The translations under genes were made by a program, and so were the position numbers. Shown piece after piece: positions 13,834 to 27,243 of a DNA stretch of 64,000 bases; position 1 is the stretch's first letter, and each line of letters starts with the position of its first letter. Where the stretch lies: contig CM022665.1 of assembly GCA_012295275.1 (NCBI GenBank), positions 11,532,001 to 11,596,000 on the forward strand, given 5' to 3'. The DNA comes from Chrysomallon squamiferum (lineage: Eukaryota > Animalia > Mollusca). The notes beneath the pieces were generated by a model. It made no database searches. It saw only the letters and a list, made by a program, of their open reading frames with translations, and had not been told where the DNA came from.

Positions 13834-16800
13834 ATACGCACACACAAGTATACACACAGTCAAATAAAAAAATTAAATAAAAGCCACCCAAAAAGACGAA
13901 AACATAGACTGGGTTGGGATAAGGATTGTTCATTGCACAGTTCTCAGTTGAGGTAATTTTTTGACACCCCACTCTCTTGTCAGTTCAGTAGGATGAGACA
14001 GAGAAAGACTACTGATACAATGAAGAAATGTAAGTGATCATGGCCGATATATTACACACACTGAAGAAATGTAAATGTTAAATAGAGTGTGGCCTGACAC
14101 TTGTTCAGTCATCCTTGACGTTTTTATCACCACCAACAGCTGTATTATTATTTGGCTGTACAATGAGACAGTCTTTGTCTTTGGCTTTATTTTTTTTTGG
14201 TCAGATTTAAAACCATAATTACTATGTATAGTTAAGTTATATTAATTTTTATATGAGTATATTTAAGAGTGTGTGCACATGTGCATGTGTGTTATGTATC
14301 AATCCCTGTTTCCTATTTGCATGGATGGATAGATGGATTTGTAATTTTGTGTATGTTTATATAGATGTATGTGTATGCACTATATTATGTGTAACAAACC
14401 AAAAAAAAAAAAAAAAAAAATTTTTGGCAGATATTTTACAGAAAATTACAATTCTCTGTATAAATATTTCTGAAATGCATTTTTGCCATAGCTTAGATTT
14501 GGATTAATGAAAGAAAGAATTAATGAATGAAATAGAACTGGTAAAATATTTAGTAAAAATGAAATACACAGCTATTCAGTTAATGAATGAAAGAATGAAT
14601 GAATGAATAACTGAAAACAAAATATACATACATACAGACACCATATGCATACATATATGCATACATACAAGCAACATGCATACATGCTTATATTCATACA
14701 TGCATGCTTTCATATATACATATATACATACACACATACAACCATACATATATGTTATATAAATAAAAACAATAATAATTTGTACTGCTATGATAAATAC
14801 AGTAGCTTGTATGTATGTATGTACATTTATTAATGTTCTAATGTAAGTGTCATGTTTAGCTGTGTGGATATACTGGTGACAGATAAGAAGTCATGTTTAT
14901 CACATTCCATTCACTAACAAATGGAATATAAAACAAAATTATACTGAATGATTTAAATTCAAAATAAGTATGTCACATTCACTTATGTGTAAGTTTATAT
15001 ACAGTCAGCCTGCCTTATCTATAAGTATGTGTTTCCAGGATCTCTTGCAGGACCCTTTTATAAAATAACATAATTCTACCCTATATATGTTCATAACCTG
15101 AAACTCCACCCTCTACTAAGAACTGCCAAAATCTATATAAATCACACTGACTACAGTATTCAAGCACACTGTATGCATCCATAAAAATACAGTTTACTGT
15201 AAAACCCAAAGAAATCACAATGACTACAGTATTTCTCAATATATAATATATACATGCAAGAAAAACAAATTATACCAATTTAGACTATTGAATCTCCTGT
15301 TGAAATTTTTGTTTGTTTTTATAATCATTTTTTTATGTTCCCAGAATAGTAACCACAATAACTTTATTTTATTTTTTATAATGTGCCTTGAGAAAAGATA
15401 AAATATTAAAACCAAATTAAAAAATATTTTTTTAAATTATTATTATTATTGTCATGAAATCGATTTCAATTGTATATTCATAAATTACATAATATTATTT
15501 AGAAAATAAAAATTAAAACCAAATTAAAAATTATTAAAATGAAATTAAACTGTCAGTCTTTTAAAAATATTGTTCTCATCCTTGAATGCACTTCCATTTT
15601 ATATTCATAACATTATTTAGAATAGTAAAAACTGTGATACTTAACAGTCATGGGAAAAGATAAAATATTAAAATGAAATTACCTGTCAATATATGTTTTT
15701 TTTTATTTATAAAGTGTCAGTTCTTTATTGAAAAAACCCACATTATTACTGCTGATTCACTGTTATTTATTCTATAATTTGGTATAGAAGCAATAATGAT
15801 AAATTATCCTAATTTTTACTGTTTTGTGTTACTGAATAGCTGCTACAGATTACTTCTCAGAGTGAAATATTTATATTATTTTCCTTTTAAAACATAAAAT
15901 AAATAATATAGTGATATAAACACACACACACACACACACACACACATTTACATATATTATTACACTGTAGTTACGGAAACCTTTTCATATTTTGATCAAA
16001 TGGATTTCACTAAGTTGCAACATTGATGTTGCCATTATTCTGAGTTTTATGTTTATGTGAATGTATACTGGGATATTGCAGATATGTTATTGCTAGCAGA
16101 ATAAAAGAACAAATCAGTTAATATTATTATCGAAAAATAATAATAATCTAAATATGGTGTACTGTTGATTGTATTGTTCAAGGTTAATTGAAAGCATTTT
16201 AATTCAAAATATTAAATACATTAATGATACAGTAAATAAAATACAATAAATAAATTTATAAACAGTAGAATTCAATTAAAAATACTACTAACAATAATGT
16301 AATTAAAATAAACAAAATGATGTAATTAATAAAATAAAGTAATTAAAATTAATTAACACCATTCAGTAAAATACAGTATATAAATAACAAAAATGGTGTA
16401 AAAAAATTAAAATAATAACATACAAAATAAAATACAAATTTAAATAAAATAAAATAATAATAGAAAAATAAGTAAATAAAATTAAAAGAAAAATAATACA
16501 CTAAAAAAACCAAATAAATGAACAACAAATAAACAAGAAAGCAAACAAATAAATAAATAGTAAATAAAATAAACAAAGTAATTTAAAAAAGAATAAAAAT
16601 AAAAATCACAGGAAAAGAAATGGAAGACACAGACTCAGTTATCTATCCACACCATAAACCCAGAAATATTTTTATACCAAACATAAAAATAATCCTCTGC
16701 TACCAGAAACAAGTAAAACCCACTTTTATGTTCAACTGTTATAATTTTATGATGATGTTTAGGTGAAAACAAATTTTCTATAATGGTGGGATTAATTTTT

Positions 16801-17039
16801 GCTTTGTTATTTATGCAGGGTCACAGAAAGCAAAAATTATTTTTATTTCTGCCTGCTGTTTTATTTACAAGAAAATAATTTAAGCATTTGTCAGTTCAAA
16901 TTTTTTGATGGCTTGGAAAGAGAAAAAATACTAAATTTTATATCTACATTTTTAAATATTATTAATGTTATACCAAAAAAAATAATAAGAAGAAACAAAA
17001 AAATAGGGAAAAGTCTAATAATATAAGAGATACAAACGT

Positions 17040-17950
17040 GTAGTGTAACAATAACGCAATTACAAATACAAAAATGAAGTTTAATATTAACACACATTAC
17101 AAATCCAGAAGTTTAAAAATAATACTCAATACAAATACAAAAATGAAGTGTAATAATATGCATTAGATATAAAAGTGAAGTACAATAGTAACACACATTC
17201 CAGATACTAAAATAATATTTAAAAATAACACATCACAAATACAAAAGTGAAGTTTAAAATGTATCTAATTAAGAAACAGTCTAAACATATTCTGCCTTCT
17301 TCCAAGTTATATTTTGTTTTCTGAGGTCCAGTCTAAATCTTAAACTAAGTACAACAACAAAACAGGACAGTATAAAAATAGCTGGAGGCTGCCATATTTC
17401 TTTAGTCATCATCCTTTGCTATAGTTTCTTCCTCCTCAGAAAATACAGCTGAACTGTGGACCCTGTATGTTATGACACTACAACCTGTTATGTCATAAAT
17501 CCAGTTTTAAAGAAAGAAAAACTAAACAGAAGTGTTCAAATATTTGATGGCTTAAAACAATAAAAATAATAATGTGGACGTATAAATAATTTGTTAGACC
17601 ATTTATTTATACTGCCACAGATAAACTTTAATTATATTATGTGCAGTATTCTAAACTTTATATACAAAACTGAAATTTAATAATAAATTACATAAGAAAT
17701 ACAACGGTGAAGTTTATTTACACATTACACATACCAAAATTATGTGCAGTATTTTATACTATAAATACAAAATAAAATTTTAATAACAACCTACTTTACA
17801 AATAAAAAGTGATTTTTCATTACATGTTATAAATACAAAAACTATGTACTATAGTCTGTACTATAAATACAGAACCGAAGTTTATTTATAACATATATTA
17901 CAAATATCAAAATGATGTGGAATAAACGATAAATACAAAATTGATGTCTA
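17040..17950. repeat. Degenerate ~37-bp tandem array (ttacaaatacaaaaatgaagtttaatattaacacaca) in two blocks, ~17040-17260 and ~17650-17950
   Basis: aaatacaaaa(a)tgaagt motif recurs many times with similar spacing. Confidence 0.6.
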
Positions 17951-18199
17951 ATAATAAATATCCCATATTACAAAGGCAATAAAATTTAATAATTTATTCC
18001 ACAAATAATGAGAACACTGTGGTTTAATAACAAATGTCAGTGTTGACAGATAACTCAATTTATTACACTTTGCAAACTGGTTGATGGTTTTAGTCATCGT
18101 AGGAACAGTGTTGGAGGTCTGACACATGGAATATATTACAGCCCCAAACAACATATAATGACAACACCATTGCATTAGGTGACCTTGAGTGTGAAGTAA

Positions 18200-18465
18200 T
18201 AAAGATATTTCACACAGAATTTTGTTCTGACAAATATAATTATCCATTGTTTATTCTCTTCTTGTTAAATAAGAATAACTCATTTTGTGTGTTGACAGGA
18301 AAATAAAAACTACATTTCATACAGAGAAAACTGAAAATATGCTCTGACCAATGTAATTATTCACTGTTTATTTCACTTCTGATGAATAGAGAATTAATTT
18401 TTTGTGTTGATAGGAAACTAAATAATATTTCACACAGAAAAAGTATGTTCTGACCAACATAGTAA
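18200..18465. repeat. Degenerate tandem repeat, unit ~110 bp, ~2.5 copies
   Basis: atttcacacaga...tctgac.aat.taattat.ca.tgtt...agaat.a.t..ttt.tgtgttga.agga recurs at ~18205, ~18314 and ~18427. Confidence 0.7.
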
Positions 18466-18724
18466 CATAATGTTTACTTATTTATTTTAGGAAGCTGTAA
18501 TACAAAGATAATTTATTTTTTGCTATTTGTGTACAAATTTGTTAAATAAATAATTCAGAATTTACAACAATAATGTGAAATTTTCAAGTGACGCACTGAC
18601 TTTCAATTAAGCAAGAAATTTGTTTAAAAATATCTTCACACCAGGAAGAAAAATATTAAATTTCAATTTCAAGCTAATGTTCAAGACACAAAAGCGAAAA
18701 TGTAATTTAAGGGACTTGTATATA

Positions 18725-19451
18725 CCGTATATACTTGTGTATAAGTCGAATTTTTGGGAGACTATATTAAGGTAATATTTGGGGGTCGACTTATACATAG
18801 GTAATGCTTTTGTAGCTGTTGCTGAAGAGTCGCCATTTTGACAATTTTTTGCTACGGGATGCATCTGAAATAATCGCGGTCTTTCAGCTTTTCAAAAATA
18901 TAATTTTATCATATAAAAAATTTTGAAAAATTAAATAACAAAATCAAATATGAATGTAAAACATGATATTCTTCCGTTTAATGACATAAAAATACATTTT
19001 AAAGTGAGAAACCCGTCAGTATGGCTTTATGCCTTACGGCGTCTTGTAATGATCTAGGAATGCAGACTTCTCTGCCAAATTGCACTAAATATCAGTCCTA
19101 ATTTCATAAACAAAACTCACTTGTGTAATTGTAAAGAATTTGGTGAAATAATATTGCATCATATACAATATTTTAGGGCTACATTTATGATACATTTAGG
19201 CTATAGCTTGTGTAATACATGCATTTACGTTATTATGGTATGTTCGTGCAAGTTACAGCTCGTGCAAGTTATGTTACAGTAGGCGTACAATGTAGGCCTT
19301 CATGGCACTGTCACACTGGTCTAAAAATAGCAACGGTGCCTGGAATCTATAGTCGACTTATACACAAGTAATATCTAAAATGACGCAATTTTTGGTCTTA
19401 AAATACACATCGACTTATACATAAGGTCGCCTTGTACACAAGTATATATGG
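18725..19451. mobile_element. Non-autonomous Tc1/mariner-superfamily (Tc2/pogo-type) MITE, 727 bp
   Basis: TA target-site duplication (18723-24 and 19452-53); 25-bp TIRs ccgtatatacttgtgtataagtcga / tcgccttgtacacaagtatatatgg (3 mismatches); subterminal tcgacttatac repeats near 18786, 19353 and 19410; no transposase ORF; CpG-rich relative to flanks. Confidence 0.88.
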
Positions 19452-20499
19452 TAATACCAATATAACATGAAACAGAATCAGTCATGCACAAATTTTAAAA
19501 ACAATTTTTTTTTTTTTTTTTTACTTCAACACAAAAAAAAACAAACAAAAAAACAAATCCATCACATACATGAAGGTCTGTCTATTCATGAATTGGTTTT
19601 ATAATGAAAAGTCTGAGAGTCAGATCTGACTATTCATTATTGAGCTTATTAAAGTAGCCAGTGGTTATTTCAGGAATGTTTTCAATTACCTCTCTTGTTC
19701 AGAATGATACTGAGACACAGAGACAAATAATAAAAAAAAAAAATCCATCTATTGCTCAGGAATGTTCATTTACTCTAATAGTTTTGTGCAGTTTTGCTGA
19801 TAAATTCAGTACAATAATAATAATGATTTTTTTTTTTTTTTTTTTTTAAAGTGATTGCTGGCTGATATATATGTATATATATGCAACAAGCAGGATGTGC
19901 ATGTTTGTAAAACAACAATAAAATTATCTCTGTCTGTGGAGGAGAGATGGGAGTGAAGAGGCAAATAATATCAATCATTATTAAAAGATGTTTCTTCAAG
20001 CCAGCTATTTCCAGAGGGATAAATGATAGATGGTTAGATGATCTGAGGAAGGGAGACAGGGAACAAAGGAGGGACGGTGATCAATAACTGGATGGTGGCA
20101 CACATCAGTAATGGAATGAAAAGATTAATGAAGGATAGATGGTTTACAAAAGTCAGATACATACATGTCTGTCTGTATTGCTCTGTGTATGCATGTATTT
20201 ATATATGTAGTTATATGTGTATGTTTTGATGTTTGTATGTATCTGCTTGTGTATATATGTTTGTATATTTTCAATTATTATTAGAACAAACACAAACATA
20301 CCTACCTACACATATGACACTACTTTGCTAAATAGCAAACTGCTGATTTGTACACACATCATGAACTGGTAAATCAAATAAGGTCCCAAGACTTGTTAAA
20401 AATGTAGTTATCCTAAAAAAAGAAATTAAATGACTGATCCAAGAACATTGGTTTTCATGTCACAAACAGATGTATCAGGACGTAATCTGAAGACCTCCC

Positions 20500-21370
20500 A
20501 AAACAAAATTCAGAAATCTTCTTAGGAATATCTCTCATAAAATAGAAGCCAGCCAGATATTCAAATTAAAATCTTATTTGGAATAGTTCTAATAAAACAG
20601 AAGTTGGAAACACAAATTCAAATTAAGATATTTAGAGTATCTTTAACAAAACACAAATGATTCTTAAAAATTCAATTCAATATAATGTTAAGAATATTTC
20701 TAATAAAATAGAAGCCAGACAAAAGATATTCAAATAAAAATCATATTAGGAATGTCTAGAACAAACCAGAAGCCAGGCAATTCAAATCAGAATGGAAAGA
20801 ATAATTTTAAAAATAAATAAAATAAAAACACAATCACTATCCAAGAATACATATATAATTCAGAATCTTATTAGGAATAGCTCAGACAAAACCCAAATGT
20901 AGGACAGATGTTCACATCCAAATCTTATTTATATTAAGAATATCCTTAACAAAAAATGACTGAGTAGATATTCAAACTAAAATCTTGCCAGGAATTAAAA
21001 AACAGATGCCATGCACATGTGCTAAAATCAGAATCTTAGTAATAACAGTAACAAAAGTAAAGTAATAATATTCAAATCAATTTCCTATCAATAAAAAACA
21101 CTATTTATTGTTATACATTTTCAAATCAAAATTTTACTATGATGATTTTCAACAAAACAGAAATCTGAAAATGATTAAGAATTTAACAAAATAGAAAACT
21201 AGTTATATATTTAAATCACAAATATCCACAACAAAACAGAAGCTAATATTTTACATTTTAAAATTAAATCATATTAGGATCATTTTTAAAATATCCGTAA
21301 TAAAACAGAAGCCAGAAATACATTTTCAATTCAAAATCTTATTAGGATCATCTTTAACAAACCAAGCATG
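20500..21370. repeat. Old degenerate ~57-bp tandem array
   Basis: aa(c/t)aaaa(c/t)agaagcca...atattcaaat.aaaatcttattaggaat recurs throughout at ~55-60 bp period. Confidence 0.7.
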
Positions 21371-21884
21371 CATATTCAAAACTAACTACTTACATTCATA
21401 GAATGTTGAGTATCAAAAATCAGTTACAACAGAAGAAAGTGGCTGACTGACAACATCAGAAATCACAGAATTCCCTTTGATTATTTAAAATAATGATTTG
21501 AATGCAATTCATGTCCAAAAAGATCCAACAAAATGAGACTAGAAGTGTTTCCTCTTGCCTAATGCAGACACCTTACCTTTGGGACCTTATTTAGTGAAAG
21601 TTTATAGTTGAGAACCACAGTATAGATCAGCCCTAAATAGTGTCCTCCTTAACTAACTAATCTCCAGGGATATCTGCAGATGTGCTTCCTGAATTAACCA
21701 TATCATCAGGAGTTGAAGCTTTTCAACATTATTTTGGTAAATGTGTTAGAAGACATTTTCTATACAACTGTCTTTGGTTAAAGTATTATTATTGTAACAT
21801 ATAAAATAAACTAGTTCTATCACCTGGTGACAATTAGAAATATCAGATTGTTAGGTTTCTCAGATAATAATAAAATATAATCTT

Positions 21885-22250
21885 GTTATAAACCATATAA
21901 ACCATCAGTAAATTTATCAGATAGCAGTTAAAAGCACTTGGTTATTAATAAAAGACTTTTGTAAGAAAAATCCTGTAAATCAGTATTAATAACACATCTA
22001 TAAAACATTTTTTATTATTATAAACTCTGTATATCAATATCAGTAACCTATTTTATATGATAATTTTGTATTATTATACACCTTACAAATCATTATTAAT
22101 AAGTTGTTTTACAAGACAATAGTTTAAATTTTATTTTTATTTTATAAACCCTATGTACCAGTTATTAATAACTTACTTGCATATATATTTTTGTATTATA
22201 AATTCAATGCATCAGCATTAATAACCTATTTTATAAGACATTTTTTTTTA
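21885..22250. repeat. Degenerate ~55-60-bp tandem array
   Basis: ttataaac...atcag.tattaataac.tatttta.aaga recurs about 6 times. Confidence 0.55.
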
Positions 22251-22759
22251 ATTACATGTTCTTTATAATGTAACTGATAACCTGTCAAAGGACACAGTTG
22301 GTGGTTTGTTATTGATCCTGTGCGGCTAACAATTAAGGAAACACATTTATCACTTGGGCAGGAGGAAAAAAAGCCCCATTATTTACTGTATTAACTTATC
22401 AGTCATTTAGTCATAAACCCAGTCATTTATTTTCACTTTGTGTTGGCTAGTGACTACATCTGATTGCCCGATATGTCAAATCAGAGACATATAGAGCCAT
22501 CACTTTTGGATAATTTTTTTTGTTTTGGAATTTTTTTTTTCCCCAATGATATGGATTAGATCAAAAAGGTATGTTTTGTAAAAAAAACAAAAATAAATAA
22601 ATAAATAAAAAAATATTTATGTATGTATTTGTATAATAATAATAATAATAATAGTTTAGTTACAGTACAATGCAGTGTTGGTCAAATATACAGAATAACT
22701 GAAATAAATACAATAAATTAAAATAATTCAATGACACATTTATTACAAACATAAACATG

Positions 22760-23580
22760 TATTAACCTAATATGTCAATTGGTGCATCTATAATAATGAT
22801 ATACTTAATTAACAAATTCTAATACTTTATTATATTCATATAAATTGTTATTACATTTAATTAACCAATTCATACACATGATAGACCTATAATATACCTA
22901 TGTATTATACATATTAATTTAACTTGTCACCCCTGTTATATTCATGTAATTATCATGATAATTGTTTTACATATACAGTCAAAAATTTCTTTACCTGCTA
23001 TATCTGCTTCACAAATGCTTAATTAACTATTCTCTGATACGCTATATTATGATATATCTGTTACATATTTAATTAACAATTCTGTCACCCCATATACCTG
23101 TTATATTCACGTTTAATTAACAATTCTGTCACCTGATATACGTTTAATTAACAGTTCTGTCACATGATATATGTTACATACGTTTAATTAACAATTTTGT
23201 CACTTGATATGTCTGTTAGATACATGTTTAATTAACAATTCTGTCATCTGATATATCTGTTACATACTTGTTTAATTAACACTTGATACACTTAATTAAC
23301 CAGTTCTTATCATCTGACATACATATTACATCTGTACTTTTAATTAACAAATCAGTCATTTGATTTACCCGTTTCGTACATTTTGCACATGATAAACTGA
23401 TTATCATGTCACATACCTGTTAAAATCACACTTAACCAATTCTGTCATCAGACATACATGTAATATGTATATTTAATTAACCAATTCTGTAACCTGCAAA
23501 ATGCATATTTAATTAATATGATTTATCTACTACATACACTTACTTACCTGTGTTACCTGACACTGATACACTTAATTAAT
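22760..23580. repeat. Degenerate ~40-bp minisatellite (tttaattaacaattctgtcacctgatatatctgttacatacg)
   Basis: ttaattaac(a/c)a.ttctgtca recurs more than 12 times; best preserved 23060-23290. Confidence 0.8.
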
Positions 23581-24810
23581 TCATTCCATGTTCATTATTG
23601 CTTTGTTCAAGACAGATGATTTGTCTTCATATCATGCTTCGTTACCATTAAACCAAAGAACAAAGAAGGTTTAAATATACATTACCCTGGAAATTTTGTC
23701 CATAATGATAGTTAAATCGACAATTTCTTGTACTGATTTGGAGATACACACATTCCAAAATTTCAGTAGGTGGATTGTTCTGCGAAGTCAAAAAATACGT
23801 ATTTCAGAGAATACCCTGCACAAAACTAGTGTTCCACAAAAACATAACAATACTTAAAAATTAAGCCAAAGAACTGCTACATAAGTGTGGATCTATATTA
23901 ACCAAATTTGTTATTCTTTACTTTCCATTTTCTTAATTTCTTTATTTTTGTTTAATTTTAATTTTTATATTCTTGGCAAATAAATTAATTATTACCTGAC
24001 AACATTTAAAAATATATATATATATATTAGAATTAATATCATAAATCATAGTTTTATCATTATTCTGTTTTATCCACTAAATCATAATCATAAAATTAAA
24101 ATAATACTTTTTCTAACCACATTTAATTCTCACTTTACTAAACTTGGTCAAATTCGTCAAATGGCTTGTATCAGCTTACTAGTTTTATTTACATAATGAA
24201 AATTCAAATGTGCCAATAATTAATACTATTGTCTGTTTTTGTTAAGCAGTTATACAGGAACTAGTATTTGATTTCACTACTGTTGGAAGTTTATAATGGT
24301 TGAAATATGATACTGTTCACACATTACGGACAGTAATTCAGAGCCAGTCACTGCAACATAATGAACAGAATTACACTGATTTTCTTCTGTTTTAGATAAG
24401 GTGTTAAGAAATGCTGGGATGGTATTTTGTTTCAAAATTAACTGCTAGAAAACTTTTGCACCCTACATTTCTCCAATATTTACACTTTAAAAATAATGAA
24501 AAAGAGTTTTTTGTTTGTTGTTTTATGTTTGTTTAAATGAGATATATTTAATTTCGGTACTAATTTCAAAAATATACATAAGAACATCATAGTTTTTCAT
24601 CAGATATACAGATTAATAAACTGAATGAAAGTGTGATAGACTGATCACGTGAAAGGCCGACATTACGGACACAACTTTGAGAAGTTATTTAGATATAATA
24701 TAGCAAGAAAACAAATGTAAATACACAGACAGAGAGATAAAAATAAAAATAACAGATTTATATAATATAATGGTATAGAAAAAGAAAGAGAATGACATTT
24801 TTATACATAC

Positions 24811-24841
<31 letters not shown>

Positions 24842-25196
24842 AAAATATTACGGACTGGCAAAACGTAAGCGTCACGGTAATCGTCAAAGTAAAATTTTGA
24901 TTTGATCACAGAACAACAATATTTAGCAAAGAAGTAACATTTCGTAACATTTTTTTCCATTATGGCTCACAAACAATTATTTTCGGTGTAATGAATTTAG
25001 AATACACTAATTTATTTAGTGTATGAATTTCCTATTCATTCGGGAATTCTCGGACATACTCATTCACCTTTACAATATGTTAAGGATTTATGAAAAAAAG
25101 TTAGATATATAGCAAAAGAGAAAGTTTAAGAAACAAATAGTAAATATTACTGATAAATGTCTCATGCTTATCTGTGTAACGGAATATGTGCATTCG

Positions 25197-25230
<34 letters not shown>

Positions 25231-25341
25231 TTCACCTTTACGGATTGCAAATAAGGGAAATAAATATGACACCATCCAAAAACCGGATGTCGTCTGAACC
25301 CAATGAAAATTTGGTCCCTTTGCACGCTCCAATTTATATAG

Positions 25342-25373
<32 letters not shown>

Positions 25374-26295
25374 CACACACATTTTGGATGAATACAATAA
25401 TTTTGCATTGAACAAATAATAACAATATTAATAATAAATAATTTAAAATAAATAAATAAAATAAAATTCATTAATTTTCAAATTCCTGAACAAACAAATC
25501 AGTAATTATTTTTAACTGTCAAATTAAAATTACTGACAAATAAATTACTTATAAATTTTTATTAATCAGTAACATCAATTTCCTAAAATTGACATTACAT
25601 TGAAAAATGTTTATTTTTAATTACAACTGATAAATACATTGATGGGGGGGGAGGGAAATAAATAAATAAATAAATAAATAATAATAAAATTTAAAAATTT
25701 TAAAAAGCACTTTAATATTTTATGTTACAGAAAGTTTTAAAAGCATTAGAGCTACAAAGAGCTCTTATTTGCTGAAGATAAACATTTCTCATCGTAAACG
25801 TAATACATTTTCTTCTTTACGTCTTAAACATTATTTTTGTTCACTAATACGAATGAAGAAATGTATTAATTGTTTTATTTTACAAATATTTATTAATAAT
25901 AGTAACTGGTATTATTAATTTATTATTTATTTATTACTTATATTCACAATTCATTTTGTAAAATTTATTTTGTTATTTTATTTTATTTTAATATTATTTT
26001 AATGTTTTCTTTCAGTGTTAAATATAGAGCAATAATAGATTTAAATATAACAATTTTAATTTTTTTTTTTGGCTTATTGTTTTTTCCTTAAATTTATTAA
26101 ATGTTGTAGCTGAAAACATGTAGTGAATTGAGGATTTAACAAACAAAACAAAAACAGAAACCAGAAACAAAACAAAACAAATAAACAAATAAATAAATAA
26201 ATTTAAATGATTAAAAAGTACCCTCTACATAATTATAACTTTTAAGTGAATTTTTTTTTTAAATATTATAATAACAAAAAAAGTTATATCAAAAC

Positions 26296-26297
<2 letters not shown>

Positions 26298-26370
<73 letters not shown>
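26298..26370. repeat. (GA)n microsatellite
   Basis: Perfect GA run. Confidence 0.97.
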
Positions 26371-26373
<3 letters not shown>

Positions 26374-26784
26374 CCAAAACTCAATTCAAGCACAGTAGAA
26401 TTTCAAGGGAGACTCCAAAATTAGAGTAGCAACAACAACAAGAAAATAAATTAATAAATAAATAAGTAAATATAAAGTTATAAAATATTACGTTGTTCAT
26501 ATTAATATAAAAAGTGATCAACGAATTTATGTATTTAAACATTATAAGAACATTAAAAAGCAGATTGGAAACCGATATGTGTAACGATATGTTTTTCTTA
26601 TTGTACGTCTTTGCTTTTTGGCAAGAAAAGAAGCAGTTTATTTCGTGACATCAGAAAACATTATGATGTCACAAAGATAATCTTCAAATCAATGTACTCA
26701 TCAAAGACCTTGTAAAAACGAAGCGACTTTAAGAATTCAAAATTGTATTAAATACTCCCAGTGAACGCAAACGTAGTATCTTAC

Positions 26785-27000
26785 CTTGTTTTGTGATGTT
26801 CTTCAATTATCTTAATGTCAATAATCTGCTACCACTATTTTTTTTTTTTTTTCTAATTTGTTGAGGCTGTCTGCCTCATTAGAAACCGTGCTCTCTGAAG
26901 CGTCAACGTTGTAATCATCGGTACAGTTACGAAATCAATGAAACACGACGTTACAATTCGAGGTCTTTTTTTTTTTTTTTTGTCTTCTATTTGGCGTTTT
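26785..27000 (-). promoter_or_regulatory. Putative non-coding first exon/TSS region of the GT92 gene (5' boundary uncertain)
   Basis: Minus-strand donor aaacaag|gtaagatac (intron starts 26784) in a CpG-dense segment about 2 kb before the onset of the CpG depletion that continues to the GT92 ORF. Confidence 0.4.
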
Positions 27001-27212
27001 GCAAAATGAGCTTTTCCTTTTGCTTGTTTTATGTATGGCACGTCTCACGACACAACCATCCCATTCAACTTCGACCAGAATTGTCCATTCCACGAATGAC
27101 GCTTCCACTTGGAAATGCCTTTCTCGTGTTTACATTGATTTGCATCCATGTGGTTCGGTCTTGGCATGTTGTCAGTCGCGCTTCCGAAACAGTGTGTATG
27201 TTTTGGGCATCC

Positions 27213-27243
<31 letters not shown>

